A DNA stretch of 64,000 nt from a virus: positions 1 to 64,000 of IMG/VR virus record IMGVR_UViG_3300044846_005309; one strand, given 5' to 3'. The notes beneath the pieces are model-generated. The model was not told the DNA's origin and made no database searches. It saw nothing but the letters and a program-made list of their open reading frames with translations. Shown piece after piece: positions 1-9,146 of the stretch (positions within the stretch are counted from its first letter, which is position 1; each line of letters begins with the position of its first letter). Both the position numbers and the translations under genes were made by a program.

Positions 1-3000
1 TTGATTGCCTTGATTGCCTTGTGCGCCTTGATAGCCTGAATAACCAGATCTACCAGAATAACCACTAATACCAGAATACCCACTTATACCGCTATAACCG
101 GATATACCAGAATAACCACTAATGCCTGAATAGCCTGAATAGCCAGATACACCTTGTACGCCTGCAGCGCCTTGGTTGCCTTGGTTGCCTTGCGCACCAG
201 CTGCTCCTTGGTTGCCTTGCGCACCAGCTGCTCCTTGGTTGCCTTGATTGCCCTGCGCGCCCGCACCTCCTTGGTTACCTTGATTGCCTTGAGCTCCTTG
301 ATAGCCGGAATATCCAGATACACCTTGAACACCAGTAGCGCCTTGGTTGCCTTGGTTGCCTTGGGCGCCAGCGGCGCCTTGGTTACCTTGATTGCCTTGA
401 TTACCTTGAGCGCCTGCTGCTCCCTGATTACCTTGGTTGCCTTGAGCGCCTTGATAGCCGGAATAACCGGATCTACCAGAGTACCCACTTATACCGCTAT
501 AACCGCTTATACCACTATATCCTGAAATACCAGAGTAGCCACTAATACCCGAATAACCTGAATAACCGGACACGCCTTGTACGCCTGTTGCGCCTTGATT
601 ACCTTGGTTGCCTTGGTTGCCTTGTACTCCTTGATAGCCTGAATATCCAGATACGCCTTGTACACCGGTAGCACCTTGGTTGCCTTGGTTACCTTGAGCT
701 CCTTGATAACCGGAATAACCGGACACCCCTTGTACACCAGTAGCACCTTGGTTGCCTTGATTACCTTGGTTGCCTTGATTGCCTTGAGCGCCAGCTGCTC
801 CTTGATTACCTTGATACCCTGAATAACCTGAAATGCCTGAATATCCTGAGTAACCTGAAGCAGCTGCTCCGCCAGCTTGACCAGAATATCCTGAAATGCC
901 TGAATATCCTGAATATCCTGAGGCAGCGGCACCTCCGGCTTGACCAGAATACCCTGAATAACCGGATGTACCTTGTACGCCCTGCACCCCGGTTATTCCT
1001 TGATAGCCAGAATAACCTGATACACCTTGCACACCGGTAGCACCTTGATTGCCTTGATTGCCTTGATTGCCTATTGCTCCTTGATTACCTTGATTGCCTT
1101 GATTACCTTGATTACCTTGGTTACCTTGAGCTCCTTGATAACCGGAATAACCAGATCTACCAGAATATCCGCTTATACCACTATATCCTGAAATACCAGA
1201 GTAACCACTAATACCCGAATAACCTGAATAGCCAGATACACCTTGTGCTCCAGCGGCGCCTTGGTTGCCTTGGTTGCCTTGGTTGCCTTGAGCGCCTGCT
1301 GCTCCTTGGTTGCCCTGGTTACCCTGATTGCCTTGGTTACCTTGAGCGCCTGTACCAGTTGCCCCTTGAATGCCTTGATAACCTGAATAACCCGAATAGC
1401 CAGATACGCCTTGTACTCCGGTAGCGCCTTGGTTGCCTTGGTTGCCTTGGTTGCCTTGAGCGCCTGCTGCTCCTTGGTTGCCCTGGTTACCCTGATTGCC
1501 TTGGGCGCCTTGGTAGCCTGAATAGCCGGACACTCCTTGCGCGCCTGCTGCTCCTTGGTTGCCTTGATTGCCTTGCGCGCCCGCCGCGCCTTGATTGCCT
1601 TGATTGCCTTGTGCTCCTTGATAGCCTGAATAGCCGGATACGCCTTGCGCGCCTGCTGCGCCTTGATTACCTTGATTACCTTGATTACCTTGAGCGCCTG
1701 CTGCTCCTTGATTACCTTGATTACCTTGGTTGCCTTGATAGCCGGAATAACCGGATCTACCAGAGTACCCACTTATACCGCTATATCCTGAAATACCGGA
1801 GTAACCGCTAATACCGGAGTAACCACTATACCCACTAATACCTGAATAACCAGAATACCCAGATACGCCTTGTACACCGGTAGCCCCTTGAATGCCTTGA
1901 TAGCCGGAATACCCAGATACACCTTGTACCCCAGTAGCACCTTGGTTGCCTTGATTACCCTGGTTGCCTTGGGCCCCAGCGGCGCCTTGATTGCCTTGAT
2001 TACCCTGATTGCCTTGATTGCCTTGGGCTCCTTGATATCCTGAATAACCGGATACCCCTTGTACCCCAGTAGCGCCTTGATTGCCTTGGTTGCCTTGGGC
2101 ACCGGCTGCGCCTTGGTTGCCTTGGTTGCCTTGGTTACCTTGGGCCCCGGCGGCGCCTTGATTACCTTGGTTGCCTTGATTACCCTGAGCGCCTTGATAA
2201 CCAGAATAGCCAGATACACCCTGTACCCCAGTAGCACCTTGGTTGCCTTGGTTACCCTGTGCCCCAGCAGCGCCTTGGTTACCTTGATTACCTTGATTGC
2301 CTTGCTCACCTTGATAGCCAGAATAACCTGATCTACCGGAATAACCACTAATGCCACTATAACCGGAATAACCACTTACACCAGAATAACCAGAATAGCC
2401 GCTTATACCGGAATACCCTGAATAACCGGACGCACCTTGTGCCCCGGCCGCTCCTTGGTTGCCTTGGGCGCCGGCTGCGCCTTGGTTGCCTTGGTTGCCT
2501 TGTGCCCCTGCAGCGCCTTGGTTGCCTTGGTTGCCTTGGGCTCCTTGATAGCCTGAATAGCCAGATACACCTTGTACCCCGGTTGCACCTTGATTGCCTT
2601 GATTGCCTTGATTGCCTTGATTGCCTTGATTGCCTTGTGCACCGGCTGCGCCTTGATTGCCTTGGTTGCCTTGGGCACCGGCTGCGCCTTGGTTGCCTTG
2701 GTTACCTTGGTTGCCTGAATAACCTGAATAACCAGATACACCTTGAGCGCCAGCTGCTCCTTGATTGCCTTGGGCGCCAGTTGCTCCTTGATTGCCTTGA
2801 TTACCTTGCGCGCCTGCAGCGCCTTGGTTGCCTTGGTTGCCTTGGGCACCAGCTGCTCCTTGGTTGCCTTGGTTACCTTGATTGCCTTGGGCACCTTGGT
2901 TACCTGAATAACCTGAATAACCAGACACACCTTGTGCCCCGGCCGCTCCTTGGTTGCCTTGGGCGCCAGTTGCTCCTTGATTGCCTTGATTACCTTGCGC

Positions 3001-4350
3001 GCCTGCAGCGCCTTGATTGCCTTGATTACCTTGCGCGCCTGCAGCGCCTTGGTTACCTTGATTACCTTGCGCGCCTGCAGCGCCTTGGTTACCTTGAGCG
3101 CCTTGGTTGCCTGAATAACCTGAATAACCAGATACACCTTGAGCGCCAGCTACTCCTTGGTTACCTTGAGCGCCTTGATTGCCTGAATAGCCTGAATAAC
3201 CGCTTATACCACCTTCTCCGGCATAACCAGAATAACCGGAATAACCGCTTTCTCCAGAATAGCCGGAATACCCACTAGTGCCTCCTTCACCGGCATAACC
3301 ACTGTAACCAGAATAGCCAGACTCTCCGCTGTATCCGCTATACCCACTAGTGCCTCCTTCACCGGCATAACCAGAATAACCGGAATAACCAGAAATACCT
3401 GAGTAACCAGACGCGCCGGTTTGACCTGTTACGCAAATTACTACACCACTTTGAGTTTTATAATTAGGATTTTGAGAATCTGTAATTGTTGCGCTTAGTC
3501 CGCCAGTTACTGAATCATAAGAATTAACCAACATGACCTGCCCGATATCATCAGCTGGAGCATATACGGATAATACTTGACCAGCAGACCATGCCATTCC
3601 TGCATACGAAAGACCGTTGTAGGATTGACCTACATTTTGAAAATAATAATCACCTGCTAAGAACGGAGTGCAAAGTAAAGGTGTATAACCACTAATACCT
3701 GAATAACCACTATAGCCAGACTCTCCGCTGTATCCGCTATACCCACTAGTGCCTCCTTCTCCGGCATAACCAGAATAACCAGAATAGCCAGAATAACCAC
3801 TCTCTCCAGAATAGCCGCTTGTACCGCTTTCTCCAGAATAGCCAGAATAACCGGAATATCCGCTTATACCACCTTCTCCGGCATAACCAGAATAACCGGA
3901 ATAACCGCTTTCTCCAGAATAGCCAGAATAACCGGAATATCCGCTTATACCACCTTCTCCGGCATAACCAGAATAGCCGCTTGTACCACTTTAAGCGGAT
4001 ATTCCGGTTATTCCGCTTGTACCACTTTCTCCAGAATAGCCAGAATAACCGGAATATCCGCTTATACCACCTTCTCCGGCATAACCAGAATAACCGGAAT
4101 AACCGCTTTCTCCAGAATAGCCAGAATAACCACTTGCGCCGCCTTCTCCGGCATAACCAGAATAACCGGAATAACCGCTTTCTCCAGAATAGCCAGAATA
4201 ACCACTTGCGCCGCCTTCTCCGGCATAACCAGAATAACCGGAATAACCGCTTTCTCCAGAATAGCCGGAATAACCGCTTTCACCGGAATAGCCAGAATAA
4301 CCACTCGAACCACCTTCTCCCGTATACCCACTGTAGCCAGAATAGCCAGA
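1..4350 (-). repeat. Degenerate 9-bp tandem repeats (GGCAATCAA/GGCAACCAA and GGTTATTCT/GGCTATTCA on the - strand) arranged in blocks
   Basis: Visible repeats ttgattgcc, ttggttgcc and agaataacc. Blocks of (GNQ/GAQ/GAA)n alternate with (GYS)n; much higher GC than the rest of the window. Confidence 0.95.
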
Positions 4351-4668
4351 AACTGAAACTATTGTTCCATTATTTAAAAAATTTCCAGTAATATTAAGGT
4401 CGCCTTGTATATCAAGTTTATACTCCGGTGTTTTACCTATACCGACATTATCTCCTGAAAGTATAATACTATTATTAGTTGTAAAACCTCTATTTCCGTA
4501 TATATCTGAAGTAGGGATGTATTTATACCCAGAACTCCCGCTAGGAACTCCTAAATTAGGCTCTGCGTTAGGTAAGCCTAAAAATTGATAACGCTCAGGG
4601 TCCGCACTTAACGGCGGCACTACCGGTGTTCTATCACTAATAAGCTGAGGTTTATTATAAGTAGCCAT
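1..4668 (-). CDS. Giant collagen-like (Gly-X-Y: GNQ/GAQ/GYS repeats) tail fibre/virion protein; runs off the left end; interrupted by one in-frame TAA at 3991-3993
   Basis: ATG at 4668 opens the 225-aa ORF (tail-fibre-like 'GDNVGIGKTPEYKLDIQGDLNITG' then GYS repeats). After the TAA the same frame continues (SGTSGYSGYA...), passes a non-repetitive ~90-aa domain at ~3420-3690, and reads G-N-Q at positions 9..1. It is absent from the ORF track because no further stop is reached. Confidence 0.85.
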
Positions 4669-5015
4669 TATTGGGTGTTAACAGCTTCTAGAACACTTAT
4701 AGTAAAATTTACAGAACTATTTGCGTCAGCTGATATTATAAGTTGATCGGCAGTTCCTAATACTAATTTTCCTACTGCAATATTAACTGCATCCTTAGCG
4801 GGTATAGTAAAATTTTTTACTAGTTCATATAAAGAATTTGGCGTACCATTTGCAGAAACTGAAACAGTAATTACCTGGTTAGTTGCAGATAAATTAGTAG
4901 CTACTGCGGATAAAATAATACCTGCTCGACTAGAAGGGGCAGTATATACTACTGTAGGGGTTGTAGTTACTGCTATGCTAACTCTTCTAAAGAAATTTAA
5001 TGGTATCGAGGCCAT
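4668..5015 (-). CDS. Small virion structural protein (beta-rich, hypothetical)
   Basis: 115-aa ORF in the tail operon; TAAATA just upstream; stop overlaps the next ATG. Confidence 0.7.
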   Translation of the reverse strand: MASIPLNFFRRVSIAVTTTPTVVYTAPSSRAGIILSAVATNLSATNQVITVSVSANGTPNSLYELVKNFTIPAKDAVNIAVGKLVLGTADQLIISADANSSVNFTISVLEAVNTQ

Positions 5016-5028
5016 ACTATTATTTAGT

Positions 5029-6567
5029 TTACTCTAATGCTAACGTCAACGGGGTAACTAAAGATAATATTGAACGATTAAACGTTTCTCCTTCAATAGT
5101 TCCAGTTGATTGTACTACTTTAAATCCAGCACCTACTTTAAAATCTCCTTCTTGGTTAGTGCTTGTCCAATAAACAGCCCCGCCTCCAGATGCCACTGCT
5201 TCTAAATCCGGATTACCTACACCGCCTAAAGCAGGAACAGCTGTAACTAATTCTACCCCAGAGCCGACGTATTCCATAGTATGCGAGCTTGATGTAATTG
5301 TACTTCTTATGTAAAAACTTACTGTAGCTCCAGCAGATAACCCAGCAGTTAACCTATTAGTTGCTGCTATAGAATATTTGTAGTTAATTACATCGGTTGA
5401 AGTTACACTATCAATAGTGTAAAGAGTGTCGTCCCCAGTAATTTTAAATACTAATCCTAAATAAGGACGGTCAACAGGTAGACTATAAGTTGGATATGTT
5501 CTCGGTGTAATAGCACTAACCGAGATTGTATCGGTACCGTCGGTAGTTACAGCTAAAGTACCCGTTAATACAGGCGCTGAAGAATAGCCTACTGCAACTA
5601 GTCCTGAAAGTCCAAAAGAACAATTGGATGTATTAATTGAACAAGTACCGCCATTGTCAGCTATTACTCCTTCAGTGCAGCAAATTGTAAAGGTTGAAAC
5701 TAATTGAGCGTATCCATCGTTTGTAATATGTATACCTTTACCGCCCTGGTTAAATTGAGTAAAAGAGTCAGTAACAAAACTTCTCAAGTAACCCGCAGCA
5801 AGGCTACCATCTACTCTTATTCCGCAACCTGCGCTTAAACCCCCTGTACCGGAAGTAATTGAACTACAACCTTGTATATACGGACTTGTAACTATAAATG
5901 GCTTAGTTGTAGGGGCGGTAATTTCATTACCAGCAGTATTGAACGCAATTGCAGTTAAAGCTGCATTAGTTAAATTAGGAAAAGCGGCTGCAGCAGACGG
6001 CTCAAGATGATTTCTAAATGTAAAACCCCACACATATACGCTATTACTACACCAAAGTATATCATACTGAGGGTTAGCTGGTAGTATATTTGTTCTTCTT
6101 AAATTGTCCCCAATTAAAGATACATTGGAATTAAGAAAAACCGGGTTTTGCTCGGTATAGTCCCCGGACGAAACAAAAATAGTATAACGAGTAGGGGCAT
6201 TTGCAGCGGCTATTGCAGCAGCCTTTTTTATAGTGAGTAAAGATTCAGAAATAGTACTTCCTGAATTGCTATCATTACCGTGTTTGGAGACAAATAACCG
6301 ATTTGTTTCAAGAGTAGCGCTAGGAACGACTAATACTAAATCGCTATCACTCGTACCGTTTTTATACCAGTATTTGTACGGGGTACCGGCTATTATAAGA
6401 CGTACTTCTAAAGATTGAAAACGGACGCCCTCCGGTATAGCAGCATTTGCTGCAGCAATTGCTGCAGCTTCATTTGCCCCTTCATAAGGACCAGACCAAG
6501 TATCAACCGGTACAGCATTTACTGGCTGTATTCCATATGGTATTTCTAGTCCGGGTGTTAGTGGCAT
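5029..6567 (-). CDS. Tail fibre/tailspike-type protein with a pectin-lyase-like beta-helix region
   Basis: 'LFVSKHGNDSNSG...LLTIKKAA...IFVSSGDYTEQNP...SLIGDNLRRT', 'SPYIQGCS', 'DSFTQFNQGGKG', 'YWTSTNQEGDFKVG' are typical of T4-like cyanophage/pelagiphage structural proteins. Confidence 0.75.
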   Translation of the reverse strand: MPLTPGLEIPYGIQPVNAVPVDTWSGPYEGANEAAAIAAANAAIPEGVRFQSLEVRLIIAGTPYKYWYKNGTSDSDLVLVVPSATLETNRLFVSKHGNDSNSGSTISESLLTIKKAAAIAAANAPTRYTIFVSSGDYTEQNPVFLNSNVSLIGDNLRRTNILPANPQYDILWCSNSVYVWGFTFRNHLEPSAAAAFPNLTNAALTAIAFNTAGNEITAPTTKPFIVTSPYIQGCSSITSGTGGLSAGCGIRVDGSLAAGYLRSFVTDSFTQFNQGGKGIHITNDGYAQLVSTFTICCTEGVIADNGGTCSINTSNCSFGLSGLVAVGYSSAPVLTGTLAVTTDGTDTISVSAITPRTYPTYSLPVDRPYLGLVFKITGDDTLYTIDSVTSTDVINYKYSIAATNRLTAGLSAGATVSFYIRSTITSSSHTMEYVGSGVELVTAVPALGGVGNPDLEAVASGGGAVYWTSTNQEGDFKVGAGFKVVQSTGTIEGETFNRSILSLVTPLTLALE

Positions 6568-6568
6568 A

Positions 6569-8164
6569 TTATGAGCGGGTTACTTGGTGTCTATGAGAGA
6601 ATGAATAAGGTAAACTATTAGTCATTGCATAAACTTTATAAGTTATAGGGGTACCTAAATAATCATTTACACCAAAAGATGATAGTAAATAGTTTGAAGT
6701 AACATTAAGATTTAAAGCATCTAAATCTAAAACTTGAGTAAGCGTGTTACTGGTAGGCATAGCAACAGTAAATATTTTATAAGTAGTGCCTGTATTTAAT
6801 GTAAAAGGATTGCTCAAGCTATTTGTAAAGTCGCGAGATCCTAAATTTCTTACATCAGCTGAAGTAGCTGGTAAAGCAGAAATAGGACCATAGAATATAA
6901 GACTATTAAAGTTTACTGTAGTTGTAGTATTTGCGTTACTAGCAAGATAATCTTGGTACGTATCTGTAACTAGTGCTCTATATGCAATGCTTGTTGCGGC
7001 ACTTAAAGTAGTATTGTCGTGTCTGTAGCTGCTTATTGTAGCGGACCCACCATAACCAGTAAGAGGTATAGAAGTTAAAGAGGTCCAAGCTGACCAAGAA
7101 CCTGTAAATGCGCGGAATTCTAAAGTATAGTTAGAAAGAGGTACTAACGGGCTATTGCGAGTTATGCCGCTACTAATATTTGAACCAACGTTACCCTTTT
7201 CTCTGTTTGTATTAGTTTCTGGGGAATAAAGAGCAGAAAGAGCAACAACCGGTAAACTAATAGATGGAGCTACATACGGGGTAGGCGTTATATCAACATA
7301 ACCTGTTCCAGCTCCTCCTGCACTATCTGTAACTATATAGCGGTAATTAAAAAGAGCTGTGTTAAAATTAGTGTCAGTGTAAACATGCACTGCAGAAGGT
7401 ATAAGACCGGCTGAAAGAGTCGTCCAGCTACCAGTATTATTTCTTCTCCAAGATAGTGTGCCGCTTACAAGAGACGGCACAGGGAAAGAACTTGGGTTTA
7501 CTGTATAGCTTGTAAAAATTTCATTATTAATAGCAGTTTGGTTAAACTGTATAGTGCTTGTAGAGGAAAGAGAGACTATAGGGCTTAAAGGCTCATTAGA
7601 CGCTAAAAGTATTACTTCACTAGGAGTCTTTCCTATAGCAGGTATTATGTCTCCGTTTATATAACGACCAAAAGTCTTGCCAGTGCTTAAAACTACTACT
7701 ATATCGTCTGTAAAAACGTCCGCAGCGCCAGAATAACCTGAAAACCCCGAATAACCAGAATACCCTGACGACCCGCCACTACCACTATCTCCTTTTGCGC
7801 CGGAATAACCAGAATAACCAGAATAACCACTAAAACCGCTATATCCACTATAACCACTAATTCCGCTATAGCCACTATAACCAGAGCCAGCAATAGTACC
7901 AGGGATACCAGAATACCCAGAATATCCTGAAGCACCGTCTGTCCCGCGAAAGCCACTGAACCCCGATCTTCCGGAATATCCGCTAAAACCGCTATCTCCG
8001 CTAAAACCACTTATACCGCTAAAACCACTTACACCACTAAAACCAGAATAACCAGAATAACCAGAAGCTGAAGCAACGCCTGGTTGTCCAGAGTATCCTG
8101 AATACCCCGAAGAGTTATCCAGGCCGGTTATCATCGAAGTATGGACTCTGTTTAGATTAGGCAT
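6569..8164 (-). CDS. Virion structural protein with an N-terminal GYS/GFS collagen-like tract and Ser/Thr-rich beta domains
   Basis: 531-aa ORF with ~40 Gly-X-Y triplets; sits in the tail operon. Confidence 0.75.
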   Translation of the reverse strand: MPNLNRVHTSMITGLDNSSGYSGYSGQPGVASASGYSGYSGFSGVSGFSGISGFSGDSGFSGYSGRSGFSGFRGTDGASGYSGYSGIPGTIAGSGYSGYSGISGYSGYSGFSGYSGYSGYSGAKGDSGSGGSSGYSGYSGFSGYSGAADVFTDDIVVVLSTGKTFGRYINGDIIPAIGKTPSEVILLASNEPLSPIVSLSSTSTIQFNQTAINNEIFTSYTVNPSSFPVPSLVSGTLSWRRNNTGSWTTLSAGLIPSAVHVYTDTNFNTALFNYRYIVTDSAGGAGTGYVDITPTPYVAPSISLPVVALSALYSPETNTNREKGNVGSNISSGITRNSPLVPLSNYTLEFRAFTGSWSAWTSLTSIPLTGYGGSATISSYRHDNTTLSAATSIAYRALVTDTYQDYLASNANTTTTVNFNSLIFYGPISALPATSADVRNLGSRDFTNSLSNPFTLNTGTTYKIFTVAMPTSNTLTQVLDLDALNLNVTSNYLLSSFGVNDYLGTPITYKVYAMTNSLPYSFSHRHQVTRS

Positions 8165-8166
8165 AG

Positions 8167-8382
8167 TTAACGCGGCACTACAAGTACATTAGTAAATTCT
8201 GGAGGCGGCTCTACAAACGTTATAGTTTTATTTGGTAAACTAACACTATAATTTGTATTGGGAATTTGAGTAACTCCATCAACTGTAACAGTATAATTAT
8301 TGGCATCAGACGAAGTTATATCTGGGGTAGAAAAAGTTGTGGTTACCCCGTCTCCGACAAAAGTATAATATGAAGCTGCCAT
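8167..8382 (-). CDS. Small stand-alone tail beta-sandwich domain protein
   Basis: 'FVGDGVTTTF...VTVDGVTQIP...YSV...ITFVEPP' motif typical of repeated modules in T4-like tail proteins. Confidence 0.7.
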   Translation of the reverse strand: MAASYYTFVGDGVTTTFSTPDITSSDANNYTVTVDGVTQIPNTNYSVSLPNKTITFVEPPPEFTNVLVVPR

Positions 8383-8389
8383 ATGTTTG

Positions 8390-9145
8390 TTAAGTTGTTG
8401 CTGCTGCGCTTATAACTTCTGCAATTAAATAATCTACTGGAATATCATAATCTCCAGAAGTGTAAAGCTCAGTAGGAACATTTGATTCTTGTTGTACATA
8501 TTTATCAGAAGAAACGTTTGGATCGCGGTCTAAATAATTACTTGTATCATATAGTTCCTGTATTTCTATTGTGAAAGTTTTTGATATATCCGGTAGTAAA
8601 GGTAAAGCGTCTAAGATATTAGGGTCAGTTATCGTAAGACTTGTAATTATAGATGCAGTAGCTGTAGTTTTGCGAGTAAAAGCGTTAAGAAGATATGTAT
8701 AAAATAAGCGCTCTAGCGAAACGTTAGTGCCTACCAAATTATATTTTAACTTAGTGTAACCGATTTGATTGCGTTTACTAGATAAATAAACCGCAATATC
8801 TTTCATACGCCGAGCATATGCTACAATTACTGCTTGAAGGTTTGTATTGTTATCAATTACTATATTTTCAAAAAATAATTTCTCAGCTGGGGTGCGCGGC
8901 GCTATACCAACTTCTAATAAAAAATTTTTGTAATAATTTTTAATTACATCTACAACTTTAATTTGTTGTTGGTTATTATTAATATACCAATTGTTTACAT
9001 AAGCAGTATAAAGTTTAAAAGTATCGTTAGTTGCTGTATTTTCGTTGCGAGATTTCCAGTCCTGAAAAGAATACGGTTTAATTCTATCTCCCGGGTCAGC
9101 GGTGGTAGAGTTACTTGCAGCGGTAATTAAAGTTGATGAAGCCAT
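8390..9145 (-). CDS. Hypothetical protein (baseplate/tail operon)
   Basis: 251-aa ORF tightly packed between neighbours. Confidence 0.7.
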   Translation of the reverse strand: MASSTLITAASNSTTADPGDRIKPYSFQDWKSRNENTATNDTFKLYTAYVNNWYINNNQQQIKVVDVIKNYYKNFLLEVGIAPRTPAEKLFFENIVIDNNTNLQAVIVAYARRMKDIAVYLSSKRNQIGYTKLKYNLVGTNVSLERLFYTYLLNAFTRKTTATASIITSLTITDPNILDALPLLPDISKTFTIEIQELYDTSNYLDRDPNVSSDKYVQQESNVPTELYTSGDYDIPVDYLIAEVISAAATT

Positions 9146-9146
9146 A

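Noticed and set aside
3991-3993. Stop-codon reassignment (alternative genetic code) explaining the in-frame TAA
   Set aside because: TAA is the normal stop for most genes here, all conserved genes are intact in code 11, and the local inversion explains the stop.
1-4350. Repeat array as CRISPR or a non-coding satellite
   Set aside because: 9-bp period with synonymous third-position variation and no unique spacers; it is protein-coding.
84-4391. Many 60-280 aa ORFs in the track (KATKAIK..., LVALVAL..., CLGCLD..., HNQNNR...)
   Set aside because: Shifted-frame or antisense shadows of the Gly-X-Y repeat gene; the shadow - strand ORFs all share the same offset from the true frame.
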